Shown: one piece after another, positions 9,762-18,506 of the stretch
Layout: each line of letters opens with the position of its first letter
How positions within the stretch are numbered: the stretch's first letter is position 1
Assembly (NCBI RefSeq): GCF_018001015.1
Contig: NZ_JAGNIV010000015.1
Strand: one strand, 5' to 3'
Length of the DNA: 64,000 nt
From: Phenylobacterium sp.
GTDB taxonomy: Bacteria > Pseudomonadota > Alphaproteobacteria > Caulobacterales > Caulobacteraceae
The notes under the pieces: model-generated
The model's input: the letters and a program-made list of their open reading frames with translations, nothing else
What the model was told of the DNA's origin: nothing
Database searches by the model: none
Position numbers and translations under genes: made by a program

Positions 9762-10676
9762 TTGGCCGCCCCCCTCGACGCCATCGTCATCGGCGCCGGA
9801 CCCGCCGGCCTGGCCGCCGCCATCTACCTGGCCCGCTTCCGACGCCGGGTGCTGGTGCTGCACGACGGCGACAGCCGCGCGGCCTGGATCCCCCGCAGCC
9901 ATAACCATCCGGGCTTCCCGGGCGGGGTCGTGGGGGTGGATCTGCTGGAACGCACCCGCCGCCAGGCCGAGGAATTCGGGGCTAGGATCGAGGCGGCTCG
10001 GGTCACTGGCCTCGCCGTCGAGGGCGACGGCTTCAAGGTCACGGCGGGCGACCGCGGCCTCGCCGCGCGGTCGGTGATCCTCGCCACCGGAATCGTTGAT
10101 CGCCTGCCCGACCTGCCCGGCGTGGAGGCCGCCGTGCGCCGGTCGCTCGTCCGCATCTGCCCGATCTGCGACGGCTTCGAGGTCACCGGCCAGGCTGTCG
10201 CGGTGATCGGCGACGGCGCCCTGGGTGTCCGCGAGGCCCTGTTCCTCAAGACCTACAGCGACAAGCTCACCCTGATCCACACCGGCGGCCCCAACGCCCT
10301 GGCCGACGACGAACGGGCGACACTCGCCAAGGCCGGGGTCCGCCTGATCGAGGCGCCCATCGCCGAAGTCGTCCTGGACAATGACCGACTCACGGCTCTG
10401 GCCTTCACCGAGCAGGGCCGGCTGGAGTTCGACGCGGTCTATACCGCGCTCGGGTTTGATCCGTGTACGGCGCTCGCTCTCCAGGCCGGCGCCCGGCGCG
10501 ATGAGGACGGGCGCCTGATCGTCGATGACCATCAGCAGACCACTGTGCCCGGCCTCTATGCCGCCGGCGATATGGTGCGCGGCCTCAACCAGATCAGCAC
10601 CGCTCAAGGCGAGGCCGCCATCGCCGCCACCGCCCTGCACAACCGGTTGAGGGAAACCGAGGCCCAGAGCACGTAG
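9762..10676 (+). CDS. Thioredoxin-reductase-like NAD(P)/FAD-dependent oxidoreductase
   Basis: N-terminal DAIVIGAGPAGLAAAIYLAR Rossmann motif. Redox CxxC in ICPICDGFE (TrxB has CATCDGF). C-terminal GLYAAGD. TTG at 9762 is the first start after the upstream TAG; the start is uncertain. Confidence 0.8.
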   Translation: MAAPLDAIVIGAGPAGLAAAIYLARFRRRVLVLHDGDSRAAWIPRSHNHPGFPGGVVGVDLLERTRRQAEEFGARIEAARVTGLAVEGDGFKVTAGDRGLAARSVILATGIVDRLPDLPGVEAAVRRSLVRICPICDGFEVTGQAVAVIGDGALGVREALFLKTYSDKLTLIHTGGPNALADDERATLAKAGVRLIEAPIAEVVLDNDRLTALAFTEQGRLEFDAVYTALGFDPCTALALQAGARRDEDGRLIVDDHQQTTVPGLYAAGDMVRGLNQISTAQGEAAIAATALHNRLRETEAQST

Positions 10677-10695
10677 GTTCGGCGAACCGGACTCT

Positions 10696-10712
10696 TTGCT
10701 GCATCGCAGCAA
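10696..10712. promoter_or_regulatory. Perfect palindrome TTGCTGC-ATC-GCAGCAA upstream of the PHB-depolymerase-family gene (candidate PhaR-type operator)
   Basis: Read directly. 7+7 bp inverted repeat 58 bp upstream of the ATG at 10770, with another TGCTGCA at 10720-10726. My recollection is that PhaR operators are TGC-rich. Confidence 0.35.
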
Positions 10713-10769
10713 CGATCCATGCTGCACCTGCGTTGAATCCATGCCACCCCCTGGCGTGAAAGGTTCGAT

Positions 10770-11837
10770 ATGCGTCCCCTCTCTGACACCCTGATGCGGA
10801 TGACCGCCTTCCGCGAAGCCGGCGCGATGATCGGCTCGCGAGCCGGTTCTGAGCGGCTCACAGAGCTTGACGGCTTTGGCCGCAACCCCGGCGCCTTGGA
10901 CGCCCTGGCCTATGTCCCCGAGAACCTTGCCCGGCGCGCGCCCCTGGTCGTCGTGCTGCACGGCTGCACCCAGAGCGCGGCGGAATACGACCTCGGCTCC
11001 GGCTGGTCGGAACTCGCCGAGGCGGCCGGCTTCGCCCTGCTGTTCCCCGAGCAGGCCCGCGCCAACAACCTCAACCTCTGCTTCAACTGGTTCGAGCCCG
11101 GCGAAACCCGCCGCGGCCGGGGCGAGGCCGCCTCCATCCGCCAGATGATCGAGGCGATGATCGTCGCCCACGACCTCGACCGCCGCCGCGTCTTCGTCAC
11201 CGGCCTCTCGGCCGGCGGCGCCATGGCCAACGTCTTGTTGGCGAGCTATCCCGAGGTGTTCGCTGGCGGGGCGGTGATCGCCGGCCTGCCGTTCGGGGCC
11301 GCTGCGTCGGTCCCACAGGCCTTCGACGCCATGCGCGGCCATGGCCTCGCGGGCGACACGGCGCTGTCGAACGCCATCCGCAAGGCCAGCCCGCACAAGG
11401 GCCCCTGGCCCAGCGTCTCGGTCTGGCATGGCGGGGCCGACCATACGGTCAGCCCGACCAATGGCGAGGCGGTGCTGGCCCAATGGCGCGGCGTCCACGG
11501 CCTGGCCGCCGACCCCAGCCATGTCGAGACCGATGCCGGCCACACCCGCCGCATCTGGCGCGACGCCCGCGGCCGCGCCGTGCTGGAGCACAACCTGGTG
11601 GCCGGCATGGGCCATGGCGTGCCGCTGAAGCCGGACGGCGCGGCCGGTGGCGGGGTGAGCGGCGCCTATATGCTGGACGTCGGCCTGGCCTCCACCCGCG
11701 CCATCGCCGCCGGCTGGGGCCTGATCGAGGCCGCTCCGGTCGCCGAACGCCTCGCCGAGGCGCCGGGCCCGAGCCGCCGGCCCGCCCCGCCCCGCCCAAA
11801 GCCCCTCGCCCCAAGACCTCGGCCATCGGAACCGTGA
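10770..11837 (+). CDS. PHB depolymerase family esterase (LpqC-like)
   Basis: LVVVLHGCTQSAAEY...LLFPEQ...NLCFNWF...FVTGLSAGGAMA (GxSxG) is the Esterase_PHB family pattern. Pro-rich C-terminal tail. Confidence 0.85.
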   Translation: MRPLSDTLMRMTAFREAGAMIGSRAGSERLTELDGFGRNPGALDALAYVPENLARRAPLVVVLHGCTQSAAEYDLGSGWSELAEAAGFALLFPEQARANNLNLCFNWFEPGETRRGRGEAASIRQMIEAMIVAHDLDRRRVFVTGLSAGGAMANVLLASYPEVFAGGAVIAGLPFGAAASVPQAFDAMRGHGLAGDTALSNAIRKASPHKGPWPSVSVWHGGADHTVSPTNGEAVLAQWRGVHGLAADPSHVETDAGHTRRIWRDARGRAVLEHNLVAGMGHGVPLKPDGAAGGGVSGAYMLDVGLASTRAIAAGWGLIEAAPVAERLAEAPGPSRRPAPPRPKPLAPRPRPSEP

Positions 11838-11942
11838 TCGAGGACGCGCTACGCGCCGCCGGCCTGATGCGGTAGGGCCGCGTCGGCGATGGAGTGAGGG
11901 TCGGCGCATCCGTCAAACGCTGGGTATAGGCGCAGGCTAACC

Positions 11943-11970
11943 TTGCTTCTGTAGCTCTTAGCGCTATACT
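11943..11970 (+). promoter_or_regulatory. Sigma70-like promoter candidate for the toxin-antitoxin operon (TTGCTT-N16-TATACT) with overlapping TAGCGCTA palindrome
   Basis: Read directly, 29 bp upstream of the ATG at 11999. The 8-bp palindrome TAGCGCTA overlaps the -10 element and could be an autoregulatory operator. Confidence 0.35.
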
Positions 11971-11998
11971 ACCGACGATGACTGACTAGCGGCGCGAC

Positions 11999-12379
11999 AT
12001 GACCGTCTACATGACCAAGGCGTTCGATCGCTTCGCCGGCAAGGCGGCGCTGGAGGCCGACACGCTGTTGCAGGCAGCGGCCGCCGTCGCCGAGGGTCGC
12101 TTCGACGCCGACCTCGGTGGTGGGGTGTTCAAGCAGCGGGTCGCGCGACCGGGCGGCGGCAAATCCGGCGGCTTCCGGACCATCATCCTGTTCCGGATCG
12201 GTGGGCACAGCGTCTTCGCCCACGGGTTCGCCAAGAGCGAGAAGGCCAATGTATCGGCCACGGAATTGAAAGCGTTGAAGCGGCTGGCGGAGGCGCTTCT
12301 CGGATTGACCCCGGCTCAGGTGGCCGCGGCGGTCGAAGGACGTGAACTGATCGAGGTGGTGAACCATGGCGACGACTAG
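11999..12379 (+). CDS. Type II toxin, RelE/ParE superfamily (HigB-like arrangement, toxin first)
   Basis: KAFDRFAGKA...GGGVFKQRVARPGGGKSGGFRTIILFRIGGHSVFAHGFAKSEKANVS resembles RelE-like (PF06296-type) toxins. 14-nt overlap with a downstream XRE gene. Confidence 0.8.
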   Translation: MTVYMTKAFDRFAGKAALEADTLLQAAAAVAEGRFDADLGGGVFKQRVARPGGGKSGGFRTIILFRIGGHSVFAHGFAKSEKANVSATELKALKRLAEALLGLTPAQVAAAVEGRELIEVVNHGDD

Positions 12380-12692
12380 GACCAAGGCCGGCTCCGGCAT
12401 CCTGGCCTCCGTCCATGAGACGGCGGCAGGCCTGCATAGGGTTGGCGCCCTCGACAAGGCCACCATGCGTGAGTTCGACGCCCTGTGCCTGACCCCGGTG
12501 CAGCCGCTCAGCCCGGAAGAAATCCGGGCCCTGCGGGAACACGAACAGGTCTCACAAACCGTCTTCGCCCATCACCTGAACGTCCGGAAGGACGCCGTCA
12601 GCAAGTGGGAACGCGGCGAGAAGCGACCCGACGGCCCGTCGCTGAAGCTGCTGAACCTCGTACGCACGAAGGGCCTCGCGGCCATCGCGTGA
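12366..12692 (+). CDS. XRE-family HTH antitoxin (YiaG/NadS-like)
   Basis: LSPEEIRALREHEQVSQTVFAHHLNVRKDAVSKWERGEKRPDGPSLKLLNLV is the characteristic C-terminal HTH of COG2944-type antitoxins. Confidence 0.85.
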   Translation: MATTRTKAGSGILASVHETAAGLHRVGALDKATMREFDALCLTPVQPLSPEEIRALREHEQVSQTVFAHHLNVRKDAVSKWERGEKRPDGPSLKLLNLVRTKGLAAIA

Positions 12693-13172
12693 GTGACGGA
12701 GCGAACGCCCAGGATGAGCTTTCAGGCGCACGGCCCGACCGGCGCCGGCCAAGCTCAACGAGGCGTTCGCCGCGACTCGAACCAAGCTAATAGGGCTGGA
12801 TGACCCTTCGAAGCGTCCCCTCGGACTTTGACCCCGACGTTGTTGCGGCGATCGATTCCGATCTGGCGCGGATCAAGCGCGAGCAGCCCCCTTACCCTAA
12901 ACTCTTCTCGATCCGATCCAGCGTCTCCATCGCCGGCAGGCGTTGCGCGACGCTGGTGTTCGGTTCGCGGCCCTGGCCGATGGCGGCGAAGAAACTCGCG
13001 GTCCAGGCGTTCGGTGCCGTTCATCGAGGCGTCCGCCTGGCTGACCTCTATGGGATTCCCCTTGGCACACCAGGTCGTCTACTAATTAGACCATCCAGAC
13101 GGAGCGCCCGGCTCGGGCTAGGCTTACCTCTTCATCCGGCGCCTGAACCTTGAGTCGCCGACGGAGGGGCTG

Positions 13173-13844
13173 ATGCTGATCCTGTTGGGGGTGGCGGTTG
13201 TGGTGGCGGGCTTCGCGGCCGGCTTCAATCCGCTGTTGGTGGTGATGGTCTCGGCGGTGCTCACCGGCATGGCGGCGGGGCTGTCGCCGCTGGAGGTGCT
13301 CGCCGCCTTCGGCAAGGCCTTCAACGAGAACCGCTATGTCAGCGCCGCCCTGCTGGTGCTGCCGGTGATCGGAGTGCTGGAGCGGGCGGGCCTGCAGGAG
13401 CGGGCCAGGACCCTGATCGGCGGCTTCAGGCGCGTGACCCTGGGCCGCCTGTTGATCGGATACCTGCTGTTCCGCCAGCTCACCGCGGCCCTGGGTCTGA
13501 CCTCCATCGCCGGCCACGCCCAGACCATCCGGCCCATCGTCGCCCCCATGGCCGAGGCCGCCGCCGAGGGCGAGGGCGAGGCGGGCGAACTTCCCGACGA
13601 GAGCCGCCAGAGGGTGCGCGCCATGGCAGCGGCCACCGACAATATCGGGCTGTTCTTCGGCGAAGATATCTTCATGGCCATCGGCTCCATCCTGCTGATG
13701 GTGGGTTTCCTGGCCCAGAGCGGCATCGTCATCGAGCCCCTGCAGCTCTCCGTCTGGGCCATCCCCACGGCCGTCGTCGCCTTCGCGATTCACGCGGTCC
13801 GCCTGGCGCTCTTCGAGCGCGGGCTGAAGGGGCCGGGCGCATGA
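13173..13844 (+). CDS. DUF969 family membrane protein
   Basis: Polytopic membrane protein with GGAGGGG RBS, ATGA-coupled to a DUF979-like partner. This pairing is typical of the DUF969/DUF979 two-part permease. Confidence 0.8.
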   Translation: MLILLGVAVVVAGFAAGFNPLLVVMVSAVLTGMAAGLSPLEVLAAFGKAFNENRYVSAALLVLPVIGVLERAGLQERARTLIGGFRRVTLGRLLIGYLLFRQLTAALGLTSIAGHAQTIRPIVAPMAEAAAEGEGEAGELPDESRQRVRAMAAATDNIGLFFGEDIFMAIGSILLMVGFLAQSGIVIEPLQLSVWAIPTAVVAFAIHAVRLALFERGLKGPGA

Positions 13845-14791
13845 TCAAGCTCGGCGTCGTCTACCTCCTGGCCGGCCTGGTCTTCGCCGCCTTCGCGGTG
13901 CTCAGCGCCCGCGACGCCACCAATCCTAAGCGCTGGATGAACACCGGCTTCTGGGGGTTGTTCGCGATCAGCTTCCTGGCGGGCGACTGGCTGGGGGATC
14001 TCGGCAACGGCGTCCTGGTGCTGTGCATGGCCCTGATCTCCGGCCTCGGCGGCCTGGGCCGTGGCGAACCGGACGGTTCGCCGGAAGCCCGCAAACTGTC
14101 GGCCGAGCGATGGGGGAACCGGTTGTTCATTCCGGCCCTGGTGATACCCGCCACCGTCCTCATCGGCACCCTCGGCCTCCAGCACCTCTCCATCGGCGAA
14201 GCGCCCCTGTTCCAGGCCAAGCAGGCGACCCTGATTTCCCTGGCGCTCGGCGCCGTGCTCGCCGTCATCACGGCGCTCGTCCTACTCCGGCAGCCGGTGA
14301 TCAGCCCGCTGCAGGAAGGCCGCCGGCTGATGGACACCGTCGGCTGGGCGGGTCTGCTGCCTCAGATGCTGGCGGCGCTCGGCGCGGTCTTCGCCCTGGC
14401 CGGGGTCGGCGGGGTGGTGGGAGACCTGGTGACCACCTGGATTCCCTTGGACGGACACCTTGCGGCCGTGGCCGTCTACTGCCTGGGCATGGCGCTGTTC
14501 ACCATCATCATGGGCAACGCCTTCGCCGCCTTCCCGGTGATGACCGCAGGCGTCGGCCTGCCGTTCCTGATCGTCAAGTTCGGCGGCGACCCGGCCGTGG
14601 TCTGCGCCATCGGCATGCTGTCGGGCTTCTGCGGGACGCTGATGACGCCCCTGGCCGCCAACTTCAACATCGTGCCCGCGGCCCTCCTGGAACTGAAGGA
14701 CCGCCACGCGGTGATCCGCGCCCAGATCCCCACCGCGGCGCCCCTGCTACTGGCCAACATGGTGCTGATGTATGTCCTCGCCTTCCGCTGA
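13841..14791 (+). CDS. DUF979 family membrane protein
   Basis: 316 aa polytopic membrane protein, translationally coupled to the DUF969 gene. Family assignment is from sequence memory and gene pairing. Confidence 0.8.
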   Translation: MIKLGVVYLLAGLVFAAFAVLSARDATNPKRWMNTGFWGLFAISFLAGDWLGDLGNGVLVLCMALISGLGGLGRGEPDGSPEARKLSAERWGNRLFIPALVIPATVLIGTLGLQHLSIGEAPLFQAKQATLISLALGAVLAVITALVLLRQPVISPLQEGRRLMDTVGWAGLLPQMLAALGAVFALAGVGGVVGDLVTTWIPLDGHLAAVAVYCLGMALFTIIMGNAFAAFPVMTAGVGLPFLIVKFGGDPAVVCAIGMLSGFCGTLMTPLAANFNIVPAALLELKDRHAVIRAQIPTAAPLLLANMVLMYVLAFR

Positions 14792-15782
14792 ACTGACGCC
14801 GGAGATCGCCTCGCGTTTCGCCCGCATCGCGCTGGGCCACGTCGCCCGCGAATATCCCAACAAGATGGACCACGTTCTCGACGGCCCCGGGGACGCCGTG
14901 GGACCTCGGACCCTGCACCCCATCTTCTTCGGCAGCTTCGACTGGCACTCCTGCGTGCACGGATACTGGACGCTCGCCACCCTGCGCCGCCTGCATCCGG
15001 AAATCCCCGAGGCGGCGGCCATCGACGACCTGTTCGCCGGCGCCTTCACCGCCGAGAAGGTCGAGGTCGAGCGGGCCTATCTGGACCGACCCTCCAGCCG
15101 CGGCTTCGAACGCCCCTACGGCTGGGCCTGGCTACTGATGCTGCAGGCCGAGTTGATCCGTCATGACGACCAGGTCTGGGGCCGGCGACTGGCCCCGCTG
15201 GCCGAGGCCTTCGCCGACCGCTTCCGCACCTACCTGCCCAAGGCCACCTATCCGGTGCGCACCGGCGTCCACAATTCCACGGCCTTCGCCCTGACGCTCG
15301 CGGCCGACTACGCCAAGGCCATGCGGGACGCCGCTCTTGAAGCCCTGCTGCGGGACACCGCGCGCGCCTGGTACGGCGCCGACCGCGATGCCGCCGCCTG
15401 GGAGCCCTCCGGCGACGACTTCCTGTCCCCGACCCTGATGGAGGCCGAGGCCATGCGCCGGCTGCTGCCCGTCACGGAGTTCCGGCTGTGGTTCGCGCAC
15501 TTCCTGCCCGAGGCCGCCAAGGGCCTACCCGCCAGCCTGTTCACGCCGGCTACGGTCAGCGACCGCAGCGACGGCAAGATCGCCCATCTGGACGGCCTCA
15601 ACCTCAGCCGCGCCTGGTGCTGGCGGGCGATCTCGCAGGGTCTCGCACCCGATGATCCCCTTCGCGCGGTCGCCCACGCGGCGGCCGACCGCCACCTGGC
15701 GGCCAGCCTGCCCCACGTGGCCGGCGACTATATGGGTGAACACTGGCTGGCCAGCTTCGCCCTGCTGGCCCTGACAGCCTAG
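14772..15782 (+). CDS. DUF2891 family protein
   Basis: N-terminal ARIALGHVAREYPNKMDHVL...LHPIFFGSFDWHSCVHGYWTL matches my recollection of the conserved DUF2891 signature. Overlaps the DUF979 gene by 20 nt. Confidence 0.7.
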   Translation: MSSPSAELTPEIASRFARIALGHVAREYPNKMDHVLDGPGDAVGPRTLHPIFFGSFDWHSCVHGYWTLATLRRLHPEIPEAAAIDDLFAGAFTAEKVEVERAYLDRPSSRGFERPYGWAWLLMLQAELIRHDDQVWGRRLAPLAEAFADRFRTYLPKATYPVRTGVHNSTAFALTLAADYAKAMRDAALEALLRDTARAWYGADRDAAAWEPSGDDFLSPTLMEAEAMRRLLPVTEFRLWFAHFLPEAAKGLPASLFTPATVSDRSDGKIAHLDGLNLSRAWCWRAISQGLAPDDPLRAVAHAAADRHLAASLPHVAGDYMGEHWLASFALLALTA

Positions 15783-16089
15783 CCAGGCCCGCTTGTGAAT
15801 GCGGCTGAGCGCCGCCACTAGGGTCTTCAGCTCGGCGGCGGCAAAGGTCGGTATCGCTCATGCCCAAGACGACACCGGGCGCCCGACTTAGGCCAACGAT
15901 TGTCTGCAGCGCAGCGTCGCGAGGGCCGCAGGCGCTGAAATCGCACCGCGCCTCCCGAGCGGCCCAGCCAACATACAAAACGAGATCACGACAGTGGGCG
16001 GCATTGGGCGTAGAGCTTCACGGTTGGCTTGGCTATGCGGCCAAACGCGAAGGATCCTGGCGTCCGGGATCGGACCAGTTTCCCCGACC

Positions 16090-17160
16090 ATGACGACGTC
16101 CCTCCAGGGAATCGAAGACGCGCAAACGCTCGCCCAGGCGATCGTTGATACGATTCACGAGCCCCTGCTCGTCCTCGATGCGCAATTCCGGGTCCTGGCC
16201 GCCAGTCGCTCGTTCTACGCGATCTTCCAGGTCGATCCGGAGCAGACCATGGGCCGACCGCTCTACTCCCTCGGCGACGGGCAGTGGAACATCCCGGCCC
16301 TGCGGGTGCTGCTGGAGACAATCATTCCCGAGCGCGCGTCGATGGACGGCTTCGAGGTCGAGCACGACTTCCCCGGCCTTGGCCAGCGCACGATGCTGCT
16401 CAACGCCCGCAAGGTGATCTATGAGCGCAGCACCATCACCACCATCCTGCTGGCCTTCACCGACATCACCGCCCGGCGGCTGATCGAGCGGGAGAAGGAG
16501 GAGTTGCTCGAGCGCACTGAGGATCTGCTGGCCCAGCAGCAGACGCTATTGCAGGAGATGCAGCATCGGGTCGCCAACAGCTTGCAGATCATCGCCAGTA
16601 TTCTGATGATCAAGGCCCGCGCGGTCAGCTCCGAGGAAACCCGCCAGCACCTGCGCGACGCCCACCAACGGGTGATGTCGGTAGCGGAGGTCCAGGCCCA
16701 GCTCCACGCTTCGGGCGGCGTCGACAGGATCGAAGTGGGCGGCTACCTCACCAAGCTCTGCGGCGACCTGGCCAAGTCGATGGTTGGCGACGACCAACCC
16801 ATCCATCTGGAGGTCATCGCCGACGACGGAAAGATCGGGTCCGACAAGGCCGTCAGCATCGGCCTGATCGTCACCGAGTTGATGATCAATGCGGTGAAGT
16901 ACGCCTTTCCGGCCGCCAAGGCCGACGCCCGGGTCCTGATCACCTTCTCCAGCGCCGGAGACGCCTGGACGCTGACCGTCGCCGACAACGGTATCGGCAG
17001 GGCCGCCGACCTCTCGCCGCGCAAGAACGGTGGGATGGGCACGGTGATCGTCGAGGCCCTGGTCAAGCAGCTGGGCGCCACGATGGAGGTCCGCTCCTCC
17101 GGGGGGTTGACCGTCTCGATCACTCACCTCCCGACCTCGCAGGCGCCCGAGGCGGCCTAA
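16090..17160 (+). CDS. PAS-domain sensor histidine kinase, HisKA_2/HWE type
   Basis: N-terminal PAS-like AQAIVDTIHEPLLVLDAQFRVLAASRSFY. H-box EMQHRVANSLQIIASIL (HisKA_2). C-terminal ATPase LIVTELMINAVKYAF...DNGIG. ATG at 16090. Confidence 0.85.
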   Translation: MTTSLQGIEDAQTLAQAIVDTIHEPLLVLDAQFRVLAASRSFYAIFQVDPEQTMGRPLYSLGDGQWNIPALRVLLETIIPERASMDGFEVEHDFPGLGQRTMLLNARKVIYERSTITTILLAFTDITARRLIEREKEELLERTEDLLAQQQTLLQEMQHRVANSLQIIASILMIKARAVSSEETRQHLRDAHQRVMSVAEVQAQLHASGGVDRIEVGGYLTKLCGDLAKSMVGDDQPIHLEVIADDGKIGSDKAVSIGLIVTELMINAVKYAFPAAKADARVLITFSSAGDAWTLTVADNGIGRAADLSPRKNGGMGTVIVEALVKQLGATMEVRSSGGLTVSITHLPTSQAPEAA

Positions 17161-17242
17161 CCCTACGTTCAGGCGGGCGTCGGTTTCGACCTCGCCGGCC
17201 AGGATTGGCATAGTCGAGACCACCCACAAGCGAACAGCCAAA

Positions 17243-17267
17243 CGCCGCCCGCATGACACGGGCGGCG
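17243..17267 (-). terminator. Stem-loop CGCCGCCCG-N7-CGGGCGGCG downstream of the RidA-like gene
   Basis: Perfect 9-bp GC stem read directly. On the minus strand it is followed by TTTGGCTGTT. Lies between convergent genes. Confidence 0.5.
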
Positions 17268-17285
17268 TGGCCTTGGTCTTCGCGC

Positions 17286-17780
17286 CTACTTCTTCTTGGC
17301 GGCCTGAACTTCGATTTCCGCGAGCATGCCCGGCGCCACCAAGGCGGCCACCTGCATGGTCACCCGCGCCGGCTTGTTGGGCTGTTCGGCAGTCCCGAAG
17401 AACTGCTTGTAGCCCTCCATCATGCCGGCGAAGTCCATGCCCCCGCCCTTGGCCGGGTCGCCTACCAGGTAGACGCGCATCATCACCACGTCGCCCATGG
17501 TGTAGCCCTGGCCTTTCAGGACCTCCTCGATGCGCTTCATGACGCCGATGGTCTGGGTCTTGGTGTCCCCGAACTGCACCGGGGTCCCGGCGGGCGCGCC
17601 GGCATTGAGCGGCGGCGGGGTCATGCCGCTGACATAGATGGTGTCGTAGCCGGCCGGCACGACGGCGGCCTGCAGGATGGCGCCCGTGGGCGTGCCTACC
17701 CGGACGATGTCGTCAGCCGCGGCGGGGGCTGCGGCGGCGGCCAGCACAGGCAGGAGGGCGGCCAGGATCAGTCTGCGCAT
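17286..17780 (-). CDS. RidA/YjgF family protein with signal peptide
   Basis: [22 protein letters not shown] signal sequence, then IYVSGMTP...TKTQTIGVMKRIEEVLKGQGYTMGDVV...AEIEV, typical of endoribonuclease L-PSP/RidA. Confidence 0.85.
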   Translation of the reverse strand: MRRLILAALLPVLAAAAAPAAADDIVRVGTPTGAILQAAVVPAGYDTIYVSGMTPPPLNAGAPAGTPVQFGDTKTQTIGVMKRIEEVLKGQGYTMGDVVMMRVYLVGDPAKGGGMDFAGMMEGYKQFFGTAEQPNKPARVTMQVAALVAPGMLAEIEVQAAKKK

Positions 17781-18081
17781 CGGGAGGTTTCCTTCATGTG
17801 GGCGCCGGCGGTCGGCGGATCGGCCCACCTTGGGTCAGGCGGGCGGTGATGTTCAAGCCATGCCCTTCGCCGCGCCGCGCCCCTTCATCGCGCCGGAGGG
17901 CGCAAATCGCCCGGAAATCACCCTGTTTGATTAAACGACAGGCACAAGACGCACAGTTGATTTGCAGTTATGGCGCGAATTGCGAGTGAAAACTTAGGTG
18001 TTCACTCACCTGTTGGTCGGAAATTCGGCCACCTCTCGGTATATCGTGCCCGAATATCGCGCATTCCCTGCACCGAACACC

Positions 18082-18101
18082 CGCATTGTGACGACAATGC
18101 G
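18082..18101. promoter_or_regulatory. Perfect palindrome CGCATTGT-GACG-ACAATGCG in the receptor leader
   Basis: 8+8 bp inverted repeat read directly, about 400 bp upstream of the TonB-dependent receptor start in an AT-richer non-coding stretch. Cognate factor unknown. Confidence 0.3.
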
Positions 18102-18506
18102 ATCCATCTCTCTCATCGCGTTGACACCAAAAAGGATTCGTGTGGACCTCTTACTGTCGCATTAATTGCCGTGAAGACGTCGTTAGGGCAGTTTTTGAGA
18201 CGATAGAAAAATAAGAACACGAACGAGGAAACGATCAGCCGGGCGATCTCAACTTTTGCGTGAGTTCATCGGTATGAGTGTCGATTACACATCTTATAGC
18301 TCTGATGCGGCTGTCATGGTCGGGCGTCTCGCGGCCTCTTGCGCGGATATTGAGTAACACAAACCAACAATTCTGGACGAATACCTGGGACAGAGGGCCA
18401 CAGCCCATCCCCGGAGCGTCCGTCAACATTCCGGCGCCTGAGCACACAGGCGCACGGGGAACCTTGCGGCCGACTTGCGCCGTGACTGATGAGGGGGTCT
18501 ACCAAG

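Noticed and set aside
12755-13153. Tracked ORFs 12800..13153(+), 12828..13085(+) and 12755..13024(-) as real genes.
   Set aside because: They are mutually exclusive, have no domains and degenerate into low-complexity sequence. Treated as a possible pseudogene region rather than called as CDS.
18340-18506. Cobalamin or TPP riboswitch upstream of the TonB-dependent receptor.
   Set aside because: GGCCACAGCCC only loosely resembles a B12 box (GCCACUG). The flanking conserved cores, and the CUGAGA/ACCUGAUCUGG elements of TPP riboswitches, are absent by eye.
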